Positions 41,043 to 51,178 of a DNA stretch of 64,000 nucleotides are shown here, piece after piece (within the stretch, counting starts at the first letter, position 1; each line of letters starts with the position of its first letter). Source of the DNA: Candidatus Latescibacterota bacterium (GTDB taxonomy: Bacteria; Latescibacterota; UBA2968). Position numbers and translations under genes: made by a program. Where the stretch lies: the NCBI GenBank assembly GCA_965204375.1, contig OZ241986.1:4480001-4544000 (forward strand). The letters are read 5' to 3'. The notes below the pieces were generated by a model that saw only the letters and a program-made list of their open reading frames with translations, was not told the DNA's origin and searched no databases.

Positions 41043-41075
41043 GTCATCGCGGCATGATGTTGAGCCGCGATCCAG
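41043..41075 (+). repeat. REP-like palindrome copy 2
   Basis: gtcatcgcggc atgatgttga gccgcgatccag. Confidence 0.8.
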
Positions 41076-41231
41076 TTGTGGGGATGTGTGGGGGCGTCTC
41101 ACGTTTTACATCTCACCGCTTTTAACCGCCAATTGCAATATGAAGGGTGGCGCGATTTCGCATGATTCAGTACATTAAATTATCGAAGATACCCGCTGTG
41201 CAATATCGATTACCCTGAGTAAAGGACCACC

Positions 41232-41263
41232 GTCATCGCGGCAGGCTTAAAGCCGCGATCCAG
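41232..41263 (+). repeat. REP-like palindrome copy 3
   Basis: gtcatcgcggc aggcttaaa gccgcgatccag. Confidence 0.8.
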
Positions 41264-41279
41264 TAATTATAGATAAACA

Positions 41280-42263
41280 ATGAAAATCGAAAAACCACCA
41301 TACACAATCACGCCGGACATTCTCTTTCGCATCGAAGAAATCGGTGAAGCAATTGGCCGCGCGACGGGCATCTCGCAGGACTTGCGCCTGCGACGAATCA
41401 ATCGCATCCTCACGATTCGCGGATCCCTCGCCATTGAAGGCAATATCCTCAGCGAAGAACAAGTCTCCACAATACTCGACGGCAAGCCCGTTATCGCGCC
41501 ACCCAGAGACATACAGGAAGCCCGCAACGCCATCAAAGCCTACGATCAATACCCGCAGTGGAACCCCGCCAGCGAAGCCGACCTGTTGCGCGCTCACGAA
41601 GTCCTGATGATCGGACTATTGGATGCGCCCGGACAATATCGCCACAAAGACATTGGCGTTATGGGCGGCGGCGAAGTCCATCACATTGGCCCGCCTCCCA
41701 ATCGCGTACCGCAACTCATGGCAAACTTGCTGGCATGGCTGGGCAGCACCGATGAACACCCGCTAATTGCCAGTTCGGTCTTCCATTACGAATTCGAATT
41801 CATTCACCCCTTTGAGGATGGCAACGGACGAATGGGAAGGCTCTGGCAGACCCTGATCCTCACCCGCTGGAAACCCCTGTTCGCCCACATCCCCGTAGAA
41901 AGTCTGGTCCATGCCCGACAAAGCGACTACTACAAAGCCATCAGACAGAGTTCGTCAGAAGGCGAAAGCACGCCATTCATTGCGTTCATGCTGGAAATTA
42001 TTCTGGATGCTCTCCGGACAACCGACCAAGTAACCGATCAAGTAACCGATCAAGTAGCGCGGCTACTCGCCGCCTTGCAGACAGGTCCAAAAACCACCGC
42101 TGAACTCATGGTGGAACTGGGCCTGTCGCACCGTCCCACATTCCGCAACAACTACATTCGTCCGGCACTGTCCGCAGGACTTGTGGAAATGACACGTCCC
42201 GAAACGCCCACCGCAAGAAACCAAAAATATCGCCTCACCGCACGCGGTAGGGAGATGCAATGA
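41280..42263 (+). CDS. Fic family protein with C-terminal winged-helix domain
   Basis: HPFEDGNGRMGR catalytic motif; SLAIEGN inhibitory motif. Confidence 0.93.
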   Translation: MKIEKPPYTITPDILFRIEEIGEAIGRATGISQDLRLRRINRILTIRGSLAIEGNILSEEQVSTILDGKPVIAPPRDIQEARNAIKAYDQYPQWNPASEADLLRAHEVLMIGLLDAPGQYRHKDIGVMGGGEVHHIGPPPNRVPQLMANLLAWLGSTDEHPLIASSVFHYEFEFIHPFEDGNGRMGRLWQTLILTRWKPLFAHIPVESLVHARQSDYYKAIRQSSSEGESTPFIAFMLEIILDALRTTDQVTDQVTDQVARLLAALQTGPKTTAELMVELGLSHRPTFRNNYIRPALSAGLVEMTRPETPTARNQKYRLTARGREMQ

Positions 42264-42311
42264 GGGGCAACATGATGAAGTTGTAGAAGCATCTTACGAC
42301 CAAAGGTCAAT

Positions 42312-43829
42312 ATGAACAAAACATCACTCTCCAACATAATCGCCCTTGGCGAAGGTTTTACCACAGAGTTCAAACGCTCCATGTCCTCCAACCTGGGCCG
42401 TGAAATCTGTGCCTTTGCGAACGCGACCGGCGGCGTCATACTGATCGGCGTAACAGACGACGGCGAGATCATTGATGTTGCGAACCACAACAAGCTGAAA
42501 TCGCAGGTTCAGTCCATCGCACGATCAGCGGATCCTCCCATAGCAGTGGAAATGGACTCTGTCAATGGTGTGCTCTGCATCACAATACCAGAGCAACATG
42601 GCAAGCCCTACTCCTTTGGCGGCAAGTATTACATCCGCGAAGGCGCGAGTTCGCAGCAAATGTCACGAGACGAAATCCGCGAGTTCTTCTTCAAGGAAGG
42701 CCTGATACGATTCGACAAAACACCATGCCATAACTTCAAGGTAGATAGAGACCTGACACCGGAAGCATGGGCACGGTTCGCCAAGCGGGCGTATATCCCC
42801 GACGGAATGGACCCAATCGTGGCATTGGAAAACCTGCACCTGCTCGAAGGTGGGATCATGACCCATGCCGGCGCGTGGCTATTAGCAGAAGACATCACGC
42901 GCTACACATTGACAGCAGGCGTGACATGTGCGGTTCTTCGCGGCGTGACCAATACGCATATCATCGACCTCAAGAACTTCACGGGCGATATATGCTCCAT
43001 CTACGATGACTGTATCGCCTACATGCAGGCGAAATTGAACACAGCACTGATTCCCCATGCTCACGGACGCGACGAACGGCTTGAGTTGCCGGAAGACGCA
43101 CTCCGCGAGGCAATGGTCAACGCCATCGCGCATCGAGACTATCGATCCTCCGCTAAAGTGCAGGTACACATATTCTATGATCGGCTGGAAATCGTCACAC
43201 CGGGCGGGTTGCCAGCGGGAATGCGGGAAGAAGATTTGGGAATCAGAAGCGTACCGCGAAATCCACTCCTGTTCGGAATGTTTCACCGCATGGGAATGGT
43301 AGAGCAGATCGGCAGCGGCATCCGGCGCATTCGACAGGAATGCCGTGACTACGGAGTGGAAGAACCTGTGATTGAGGTCTCGGATAACTGGGTAGTCACG
43401 ACATTCAAACGACAGGTTGAACATGGCGGGCAGATACCCCCACATGTCACCGAGCAAGTTCCCTACAGATACCCTACAATTCCGGAACAAGTCACCGCAC
43501 AAGTCAAAACAAATAAGTCTTTCAACGAAAAATCAAATGATAACAATGATTTAAGAATACTAACAAAGAAAACAAAAGACCTGACCGCACAAGTCACCGC
43601 ACAAGTCATCGCACAAGTTGTCCTATATTGTCGAGAACCACGCGCAACGAAAGAAATCATGGGTATTTTGGAGCTGAAACACTGGAAAACTTTCCGTTCC
43701 AACTACCTGCAACCCCTCCTTGACGATGGATGGCTGGAAATGACCGTTCCCGACAAGCCGACCAGCAGCAAACAGAAATACCAATTGACAGTCAAAGGGC
43801 GAAAACTCCTGGCTGAACTGGTAGATTGA
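42312..43829 (+). CDS. Schlafen/AlbA_2 + HATPase_c_4 (RecG-C-like) + wHTH protein
   Basis: GEG.TTEFK, AFAN..GG.ILIGV.D, REA.VNAIAHRDY, PRNP, GSGI. Confidence 0.9.
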   Translation: MNKTSLSNIIALGEGFTTEFKRSMSSNLGREICAFANATGGVILIGVTDDGEIIDVANHNKLKSQVQSIARSADPPIAVEMDSVNGVLCITIPEQHGKPYSFGGKYYIREGASSQQMSRDEIREFFFKEGLIRFDKTPCHNFKVDRDLTPEAWARFAKRAYIPDGMDPIVALENLHLLEGGIMTHAGAWLLAEDITRYTLTAGVTCAVLRGVTNTHIIDLKNFTGDICSIYDDCIAYMQAKLNTALIPHAHGRDERLELPEDALREAMVNAIAHRDYRSSAKVQVHIFYDRLEIVTPGGLPAGMREEDLGIRSVPRNPLLFGMFHRMGMVEQIGSGIRRIRQECRDYGVEEPVIEVSDNWVVTTFKRQVEHGGQIPPHVTEQVPYRYPTIPEQVTAQVKTNKSFNEKSNDNNDLRILTKKTKDLTAQVTAQVIAQVVLYCREPRATKEIMGILELKHWKTFRSNYLQPLLDDGWLEMTVPDKPTSSKQKYQLTVKGRKLLAELVD

Positions 43830-43855
43830 AGCCTGTATCAACGGAGACACGAAAA

Positions 43856-45895
43856 ATGGATACTCAGCAAGGCATGATATTCGGCGACGCCAGCGAGAGC
43901 CAGATGTCATTTGGAATAGATGACAGAAGTGGCCTTCGTGTGGTCAGCGCGAAATTCAACTCAGAAAAGAAATTCGACTGGGACGTCTTCGATGGATTCG
44001 ACACCCTGCGGGTATTGACCTATTCAGTGAGCGTGGATGCCATCGTTAGAATGCTCGATAAATACGCTTTCACGACCTTCGAATGCGTATTCGGCTATGA
44101 AGGCATTATCCGCGACATGAAAGACATTCTCGCATTTCAGAAGACAGTAGTCGGCAATACCCGCGCCGCAATCATGGGCCTCAAAGACGAACGGCACATA
44201 CAAATTCTCGAAAAAGTACACGCGGGACAAGCCCACTTCAGAGTCCTGAGAAAGTCCATAGCTCACGCAAAGCTCTACCTGCTGTCTAATTCGGATGGAC
44301 AGAAACGAGTAATAATCGGATCTGCCAACCTCTCGGAACGGGCATTTTCCGGCGACCAACCAGAGACACTGGTCATGTTCGACAATGATGAGAACGCCTA
44401 TGAACACTACAATAATATGTTTAACACCATCCGGGATTCCGCATCAGATGAAATCGAGCTACCCGATGAAAAAATAACGCGAGCGGAAATAGAGATCCAG
44501 GAAACCCCATCTATGAACAACGGACCGACCACACTCATAATTGAGCCACCTGCACCGGATGAAGTCGAAACCTCCTTTCCGGCTCAAGTAGAGCGCGTAG
44601 AGAAGGTACTTGCCTCTCTTGGTCCCGCGCTATCGTCGGTCATGCCTCCCATACGCAATGGCAAGCAACGCATCACCCAGAACATCAAACGACAGATCAA
44701 TCGCGTGGTCCTCGTCAAGTCCGCCGAAGAAGTCGATACGCGCAACTTCCATATCGACAGAACCACGCGCCAGGCCACCCTATCGGGCGAGACATTCCCG
44801 CTGGAATGGGATGATGATTCGGTAAAAACAGATGCGCGTCTGCTCCTGGAATACTTCGAAAACTACGCCGCCTTTGAGGGAGATGTAAAACGGCTGCAAC
44901 GGGATTACTTCACCTTGATGGCGTGGTTGTATTTCTCCCCCTTCATGTGCGACATGCGATCACTTGCCCTGGTGCGGGACAGCGATGTGGTCCGCTTTCC
45001 TTCCTTTGGCATCGTCTTTGGGAAATCCAACTGCGGCAAAACCAGCCTAATTGACACGCTTATGACATCCATGTTCAGTTGTACCAACACAGTGGAAAAA
45101 CGGAGTTTCACAACATCTCGGCTTCGCGGATTGCAGGCGTCTTACAAACGCTTTCCCGTTGTGTTTGATGATATAGGGCAACGCGCCTTCAACCAGTATG
45201 GCAAGGATATGATCAAAGAAGAATTACAACCCCCTGTTTCTGAATATCCGTGCTTCATACTCGCAATGAATGCCGAACCCCAATCATTTCCCGACGAAAT
45301 CGTCAAGCGCAGCCTGATGATATACACCACAACTGCATTACCCTCTCACGAAGAGGAAACCCGGCAGCGTTTGCAAGGCGATGTACAGAAGATACGTAAC
45401 AGCCTGACGGGACATCTCTATAAACGATACCTCGCTGAAATTATGGATCGCATTGACCCCGGACACCTTCCGGATGACTGGCTGGCGATTTCATCTCAAG
45501 TTATAAGCGACATTATATCAGAGGGAACAGACAAAACACCGCCCGAATGGTGCCGCCAGGTAACCTGGCAAAACTATGCGGAAAAGCGATACGACAGAGT
45601 CAAAGCAGCCCTCGAAAGTCTATTGCGTCCGGCGTCCTATGTAAAAAAAGAAGGCGATGCATCCAAAGGATGGACGATTGACGGAGAGAAAATCATCGTC
45701 TGGGAACCACGCGATGCCTTTGGTAGGCGTGCATTCAACTGGGAAGATATTCCCTCTACACTAATTGACCAGGACGCCAGCCACGGCGACACAACGATCT
45801 TGCATAAGACCAGCTTGCAGAAATTTATAGGCCACAGACTTTACCCACCTGGCAAACTGAACACAATAAAGAGGCTGTTCAATTACCGTCCCTGA
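43856..45895 (+). CDS. PLD-family (HKD) nuclease fused to P-loop ATPase
   Basis: HAKLYLL...IIGSANLS; Walker A GKSNCGKT; Walker B VVFDD. Confidence 0.8.
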   Translation: MDTQQGMIFGDASESQMSFGIDDRSGLRVVSAKFNSEKKFDWDVFDGFDTLRVLTYSVSVDAIVRMLDKYAFTTFECVFGYEGIIRDMKDILAFQKTVVGNTRAAIMGLKDERHIQILEKVHAGQAHFRVLRKSIAHAKLYLLSNSDGQKRVIIGSANLSERAFSGDQPETLVMFDNDENAYEHYNNMFNTIRDSASDEIELPDEKITRAEIEIQETPSMNNGPTTLIIEPPAPDEVETSFPAQVERVEKVLASLGPALSSVMPPIRNGKQRITQNIKRQINRVVLVKSAEEVDTRNFHIDRTTRQATLSGETFPLEWDDDSVKTDARLLLEYFENYAAFEGDVKRLQRDYFTLMAWLYFSPFMCDMRSLALVRDSDVVRFPSFGIVFGKSNCGKTSLIDTLMTSMFSCTNTVEKRSFTTSRLRGLQASYKRFPVVFDDIGQRAFNQYGKDMIKEELQPPVSEYPCFILAMNAEPQSFPDEIVKRSLMIYTTTALPSHEEETRQRLQGDVQKIRNSLTGHLYKRYLAEIMDRIDPGHLPDDWLAISSQVISDIISEGTDKTPPEWCRQVTWQNYAEKRYDRVKAALESLLRPASYVKKEGDASKGWTIDGEKIIVWEPRDAFGRRAFNWEDIPSTLIDQDASHGDTTILHKTSLQKFIGHRLYPPGKLNTIKRLFNYRP

Positions 45896-45942
45896 CATCA
45901 TAGTGTGCGTTGCAAACTTAAAAACAAAAAAGGAAAAGAACC

Positions 45943-48015
45943 TTGCCACAACTCGAACACATTGAAGTCATTGAAAAACGCCTCTGGGGAGCAGCCGATA
46001 ACCTGCGCGCCAACTCCACTTATGCCAGCAACGAATACTTTCTCCCGGTCATGGGCCTGGTATTCCTGCGCTATGCGTACAGCCGCTACCTATCTGTAAA
46101 AGACGCCATTGAAGCCAATCTGCCCACCCGCGGCGGTAAGAAACGAGCACTCACCAAAGAAGACTTCTCGCAGAAAAACGCCATCTACCTCCGGCCCAAC
46201 GCGCAATTTGACCACCTCGTCGCCTTGCCCGACAGCGAGGATCGCGCCAAAGCCGTCATCACAGCAATGGAATCCATTGAAGCCGACTACGAAAGCCTCC
46301 GGGGGGCACTGCCCAAAAGCGAATACCAGGAACTGGACAACGACGTTCTCGGCCAACTCCTCCGCACGCTCAACCCCGACGAACTAAAACAGGTCTCTGG
46401 CGATGTCTTCGGGCGCATCTACGAATACTTTCTCACCCAGTTCGCCGACGAAAAGGCTCACGACGACGGCGAATTCTTCACCCCCGTCTCACTCGTCTCC
46501 CTAATCGCCCATGTACTCGAACCCGACTGCGGCACAGTACTCGACCCGGCCTGCGGGTCTGGCGGCATGTTCGTGCAAAGTGCGCGTACCGTCGAGGAAC
46601 AAGGGCAACATCCCACCGAACAACTCACCTTCCGCGGCATAGAAAAAAACGCCACCACCATCCGCCTTGCCAGAATGAACCTCGCAGTGCATGGCCTTGA
46701 AGGCGACATCCGCCAGGCCATCACCTACTATGAGGACCCACACGAATTACTCGACAAAGCCGACTACGTAATGGCCAATCCGCCCTTCAATGTCGATGAG
46801 ATCGACGCCGACAAAGTCAAAACCGACCCACGCCTACCCTTCGGCCTGCCCGGCGTCAATCAAAACAACAAAGTCAGCAACGGCAACTACGTCTGGATCA
46901 GCTACTTCTATGGCTACCTGAACGAAACGGGCCGCGCAGGCTTTGTCATGTCCTCCCAAGCATCCAGTGCTGGCGGCAGCGAAGCCGAAGTGCGCCGAAA
47001 ACTGGTAGAAACCGACGATGTAGAAGCCATGATCGCCATTCGCTCCAACTTTTTCTACACCCGCACCGTCCCCTGCGAATTGTGGTTTCTCAACCGCGCC
47101 AGACCCGAAGCCCACCGCGACAAAGTACTGATGATCGACGCCCGCAACATCTATCGCCAGGTCACGCGCAAAATATACGACTTCAGCCCCGAACACGAAA
47201 AAAACATCCTCGCCATTGTCCATCTCTATCGCGGCGAAACCGAGCGATTCCGAGACCTGGTATTCAACTACCTGCAGAGCATTCTGGAAGAGAGCCATGC
47301 GTGCTTCAAGATCAACGATGGTGAAACCATCCACCCCCTACCCGACTTCGTCAACGCACTCATCCAATTGCACGACCTGATCGCGCTATCCCTGAAAACC
47401 CTGCCGAAAAACGGACAGCATACCGAAATCCTCACCGAGTACGACAAAGCGCGAACAGCGTTCCCCGAGGCCATTGAACAATTCCGCACCGCCATCACAG
47501 AAACCGCACCCAATACCAGCACCGACCTGAACAACCAGGTGGCAGAATTCGCCCCCCTGGTCGAAATTAGTCGCAACCTATCCGAACGCACTGACAGCCT
47601 CTACAAACTCGCCATCCGCGTAACCGATATCTGCGAAAAGGCAGGCACAACCAATAACAGAAGCGAAATCACCCGCGCCCGCAGAACAGCAGACGAGACG
47701 CGGCAGACCACAGTCGAACAACTCAAACAGGTAAACTACTTCTACCAGCAAGCGCAATGGCTCATTAGACGTTTCCCCGAAGCGAAACTATGCGACGTAG
47801 AAGGCCTGGTCAAACTGGTAGATCGCGCCGAAATCGAAGCCAACGACTGGAGCCTCACCCCTGGCCGCTACGTCGGCGTTGCACCCGAAGAAGAAGACGA
47901 AAATTTCGACTTTGCAGAGACCCTGCGCGAAATCCACGACGAAATAGAAGAACTCAACATCGAGGCCGTATCATTGGCAGCCACGATCAAGCGGAACTTT
48001 GAAACACTACTTTGA
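45943..48015 (+). CDS. hsdM: Type I R-M methyltransferase subunit
   Basis: LW.AAD.LR, GEFFTP, DPACGSGGMF, ANPPFN. Confidence 0.95.
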   Translation: MPQLEHIEVIEKRLWGAADNLRANSTYASNEYFLPVMGLVFLRYAYSRYLSVKDAIEANLPTRGGKKRALTKEDFSQKNAIYLRPNAQFDHLVALPDSEDRAKAVITAMESIEADYESLRGALPKSEYQELDNDVLGQLLRTLNPDELKQVSGDVFGRIYEYFLTQFADEKAHDDGEFFTPVSLVSLIAHVLEPDCGTVLDPACGSGGMFVQSARTVEEQGQHPTEQLTFRGIEKNATTIRLARMNLAVHGLEGDIRQAITYYEDPHELLDKADYVMANPPFNVDEIDADKVKTDPRLPFGLPGVNQNNKVSNGNYVWISYFYGYLNETGRAGFVMSSQASSAGGSEAEVRRKLVETDDVEAMIAIRSNFFYTRTVPCELWFLNRARPEAHRDKVLMIDARNIYRQVTRKIYDFSPEHEKNILAIVHLYRGETERFRDLVFNYLQSILEESHACFKINDGETIHPLPDFVNALIQLHDLIALSLKTLPKNGQHTEILTEYDKARTAFPEAIEQFRTAITETAPNTSTDLNNQVAEFAPLVEISRNLSERTDSLYKLAIRVTDICEKAGTTNNRSEITRARRTADETRQTTVEQLKQVNYFYQQAQWLIRRFPEAKLCDVEGLVKLVDRAEIEANDWSLTPGRYVGVAPEEEDENFDFAETLREIHDEIEELNIEAVSLAATIKRNFETLL

Positions 48016-48049
48016 AGTGGGAAGTGGGAAGTAGGAAGTGTGAAATGTG
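48014..48049 (+). repeat. 7-bp tandem array directly after hsdM stop
   Basis: gaagtgg gaagtgg gaagtag gaagtgt gaaatgt. Confidence 0.75.
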
Positions 48050-48057
48050 CTGCCGCC

Positions 48058-48235
48058 TGGGATGACCGCCAAATTGTGCAAGAGATACTTGCACAAATCC
48101 CCTGAAATCATTGCTTGATGCGCCATCCCGACGATGCTTTGATGGGTGAAGCGATGTATGAAGGCGAGTAATTCGAGCATGACTGGTTGCCTGCCAAGCC
48201 AACTGTGCAGCAACTCGCTGCACAATTTCCATTGG
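48058..48235 (+). pseudogene. DUF1016/YhcG fragments
   Basis: WDDRQIVQEILAQIP*NH and VQQLAAQFP resemble the DUF1016_N IVQQLVAQIPW.H motif. Confidence 0.5.
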
Positions 48236-48295
48236 TCGAATCGCTGTTGACCGTTGAAAAGACAGAGCAGGAGCTAAAGGGCACTGGGGAGATGC

Positions 48296-48829
48296 ATGAA
48301 CGCCAAGAAAATCATTATTATCGCGGGGCCAAACGGAGCTGGCAAAACGACTTTTGCACAGGAGTATTTGCCCAACGAAGCGGATTGCCCTATTTTCGTT
48401 AATGCCGACCTGATAGCAGCGGGACTATCTCCCTTTCGTCCTGCTGACGCGGCCATCCGCGCCGGGCGGCTGATGCTGGAGGAAATTGACAACCACGCCC
48501 GCGCAGGCAGAACTTTCGCCATTGAAACGACGCTATCTGGACGGGGTTATGTGAGAAGGATCCGTCAATGGCGCGCTGATGGTTACACCGTAAAGCTCAT
48601 ATTTCTGTCTCTTGCAACGCCCGAAGAAGCAATCACGCGCGTAAAATCGCGCGTAAACCAGGGCGGGCATGATGTCCCAGAAGCCGTTATACGTCGTCGT
48701 TTTCACGCGGGCTTGCGGAACTTTCAGGACATTTACCGACATTGCGTTGACGATTGGTTTTTGTATAATAACAGTGGCACAATACCCATCCTTCTGGAGA
48801 AGAAAAACGATGATGAAACAACCGTCTGA
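48296..48829 (+). CDS. Zeta-toxin-like P-loop kinase
   Basis: AGPNGAGKTT, VNAD.IA, ETTLSG, RV.QGGH.VPE. Confidence 0.88.
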   Translation: MNAKKIIIIAGPNGAGKTTFAQEYLPNEADCPIFVNADLIAAGLSPFRPADAAIRAGRLMLEEIDNHARAGRTFAIETTLSGRGYVRRIRQWRADGYTVKLIFLSLATPEEAITRVKSRVNQGGHDVPEAVIRRRFHAGLRNFQDIYRHCVDDWFLYNNSGTIPILLEKKNDDETTV

Positions 48830-49001
48830 AAAAGAGCTAACAAAGCCCGACAATGATGAAGAAGGCATGACTGCCGCGCTTATACGAGCCGCCAAACGCG
48901 CGCACCAAATCGCGCATCAGACCGGCACCAAAGTTGTGGTCATGCGTGATGGCAAAGTCGTGGAAATTGATCCAGATCCAAAGATGTACAACGACATTTG
49001 A
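48810..49001 (+). CDS. Small partner protein of zeta-like kinase
   Basis: Overlaps kinase stop; AA.RA...G..VVV.RDGKVV motif. Confidence 0.7.
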   Translation: MMKQPSEKELTKPDNDEEGMTAALIRAAKRAHQIAHQTGTKVVVMRDGKVVEIDPDPKMYNDI

Positions 49002-49004
49002 GAT

Positions 49005-49145
49005 TGAAGGGCGAGTATGTAAAAGACAATGCCCACTTCAATTCTATCGAATCGTTGTGGGCACTGGTCAAGCGCGTATATGTCGGGATACACCACCACT
49101 GGAGGCGGTCCCTTGTTTTTTTACGTGCCGTTCAAAGTGCCTAAA
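49005..49145 (+). pseudogene. IS1595-family (ISXO2-like) transposase C-terminal relic
   Basis: GEYVKDNAHFNSIESLWALVKRVYVGIHHHW matches the H.N.IE..W...KR...G..H motif. Confidence 0.8.
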
Positions 49146-49459
49146 TAGGTCACTATACTGACTATTACACCAATACCGATAAGAATTATCGTTACAAGTT
49201 TAGTCACGAAGTCTCGCCTGTCTCTGGTGTCATCTTTTATTTCATTTTTATACTCTCTAATGGCTTCTTCTTTTGTTTGAATATCTCTGACTGTTTTTTC
49301 TACCTCATCAATTTTATCGCGTATTTTGTCAACTTTATCTTCAAGTCGGCGCAGCCCCTCCATAATCCAATTCAAAGGCCCCAATTTGTCGCCATCATCT
49401 TTGGGCAAGGCATTTGATTCGTTGGGTATTGTGGAATCATTTTCATGATCAGGCATCAT
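49121..49459 (-). CDS. Coiled-coil protein with single C-terminal TM helix
   Basis: Heptads LRRLEDKVDKIRDKIDEVEK; hydrophobic C-terminus; overlaps upstream gene. Confidence 0.75.
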   Translation of the reverse strand: MMPDHENDSTIPNESNALPKDDGDKLGPLNWIMEGLRRLEDKVDKIRDKIDEVEKTVRDIQTKEEAIREYKNEIKDDTRDRRDFVTKLVTIILIGIGVIVSIVTYLGTLNGT

Positions 49460-49751
49460 AAACCTCTAACCATTCCCAAAGGCTTTTCTTGGCATAACCA
49501 AAATGGCTACTAACGCGCATAACCACACCAGAGCCTATCTTGGAGTCCTCTTTGCCATATCCGAGTTTATTGCTTAATTCTCGCGCTGTCCCCTCATAGG
49601 TTAAAAAATAGATGTCCGGGGCATGTTCGTCATACACATGAACAGGGGGAAGCAGAGCCGCACTGTCTCGGTTTAATAATTTTTGCACCTCTTCCTTTAA
49701 TGCCAAAGATTCATCTTCGGTAAGGTGCACGGGCACAATAGCATAAAGCAT
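49449..49751 (-). CDS. Small putative ferredoxin-like (Cas2/VapD-like) protein
   Basis: AAGGA RBS; GVVMRV..HFGY...LWEWL motif shared with 8982..9314. Confidence 0.6.
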   Translation of the reverse strand: MLYAIVPVHLTEDESLALKEEVQKLLNRDSAALLPPVHVYDEHAPDIYFLTYEGTARELSNKLGYGKEDSKIGSGVVMRVSSHFGYAKKSLWEWLEVYDA

Positions 49752-50179
49752 TTTAATATTCCTTTGATTACTTGACTTTATGGCAGTAACTTTTTTGAAA
49801 ATATACGTACGTGAACAGACAAGGACAACCCAAAAGGACCATGTCCACGTACCTTTTTTGTGCTATTTTCTCCTCGTACAGAGCCAGACGTACCCGTTCA
49901 TCTGTACTACTTTCCTCAGATTCATCGTACATCGGTAAATGAATACCAGAGCATATTATACCCTAAGCAAAACCAAAGCAAATATCAGGCCAATATCACA
50001 GCATCGCGTGACAAATTGCATGGATAGCGATCAAATACCTTTATTATGCCTTCAATATGCTGTATTGCCCCCTTTTTTTCAACTCGAATTTACGGATCGC
50101 CTGTTTGGCGCAGAACAATCTCTGTATATTTTGAGCGATACAGGGGCGATAATGTGAAAGATATGTACCACTTGCCTAT

Positions 50180-50290
50180 ATGTCCGCTACGGTGTAAAAC
50201 GCTCAAATGAGATAGAGTATTTCTGCCCATATATGCAAAGGTGGCACGATTTCGCATGATTCGCTACATTTATTGCATAGGGAGATCGAA
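50180..50290 (+). pseudogene. Possible decayed RelE/HigB toxin 3' end
   Basis: VRY and LPIYAK fragments in shifted frames directly before the HTH antitoxin. Confidence 0.35.
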
Positions 50291-50291
50291 A

Positions 50292-50564
50292 ATGAATGAA
50301 AGAAATAGAAATATCGGTCAAGAGATTCTATCTGGCCTACAGGAAATCAAGCGCGGCGAACACGGTCGTATCATTACAGTACCTGATATTGCCCAAACGA
50401 GAGCGAAAGTGGGTCTTTCTCAAACTCAGTTTGCCCAATTGATGGGTGTATCTGTTCGAACGCTGCAAGATTGGGAGCAGGGTCGCCGTCGTCCATCGGG
50501 TGCTGCCCGGACACTATTGATAATCGCAGACAAAAACCCGCAAGCGATATTAGATGTGATGTGA
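50292..50564 (+). CDS. XRE-family HTH antitoxin (HigA/NadS-like)
   Basis: GLSQTQFA.LMGVSVRTLQDWEQGRRRPSGAA. Confidence 0.9.
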   Translation: MNERNRNIGQEILSGLQEIKRGEHGRIITVPDIAQTRAKVGLSQTQFAQLMGVSVRTLQDWEQGRRRPSGAARTLLIIADKNPQAILDVM

Positions 50565-50683
50565 GAACCTGTAATCCCTTTGCTGAGTATCTCCGGGAAT
50601 ATTGGGGGACTGTTGAAATTGAGCACCTATGGTAGAAGTGTGAAGCGGTGTATATTGTTGCCTCGTGGAAAAAAGGAGGATAT

Positions 50684-51178
50684 ATGAAAACTCAACAATT
50701 GAAAGTCTGGAGGTGGACATCAACGGGATTTCGAAGAACAGATGGTGCTTCGGTTATCGCAGAAGGGCAGACCACGACTTATGCGACATCGGCGGGGTGG
50801 CGTTTTCAAAACCGATCTGAAATGATTGCAGCAATAAAAGAAGGATTGCCAGTAGCGACATTTGACGCATTAAAAAATGCTATGGGCATTTCTGAACAAG
50901 CTCTGGCCTCTGTGACTAAAATTGCGATACATACACTGACACGTCGAAAAAAAGAAGGACGGTTGCATATTGATGAATCGGAACGACTGCTGCGTATTGG
51001 TCTGCTGTATGATCGGGCTGTAGAGGTCCTGGGAGGACAGGAAGTTGCTCGTCAATGGTTTGCAACGCCATTAACTGCCCTTGGGCGCGTTTCTCCACTG
51101 GATTATGCAGATACCGAACCAGGTGCTCGAGAAGTTGAAGACCTTCTGGGACGCATTGAGTACGGGGTATTTTCATGA
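50684..51178 (+). CDS. Xre/MbcA/ParS-type antitoxin (DUF2384)
   Basis: GLP, ESERLLR, A..W...P..ALG..SPL...TE.GAREVE.LLGRIEYG. Confidence 0.9.
   Translation: MKTQQLKVWRWTSTGFRRTDGASVIAEGQTTTYATSAGWRFQNRSEMIAAIKEGLPVATFDALKNAMGISEQALASVTKIAIHTLTRRKKEGRLHIDESERLLRIGLLYDRAVEVLGGQEVARQWFATPLTALGRVSPLDYADTEPGAREVEDLLGRIEYGVFS

Noticed and set aside
49768-49932. 54-codon minus-strand ORF (MYDESEESS...) upstream of the two-gene module
   Set aside because: No RBS and no confident homology; may be a relic
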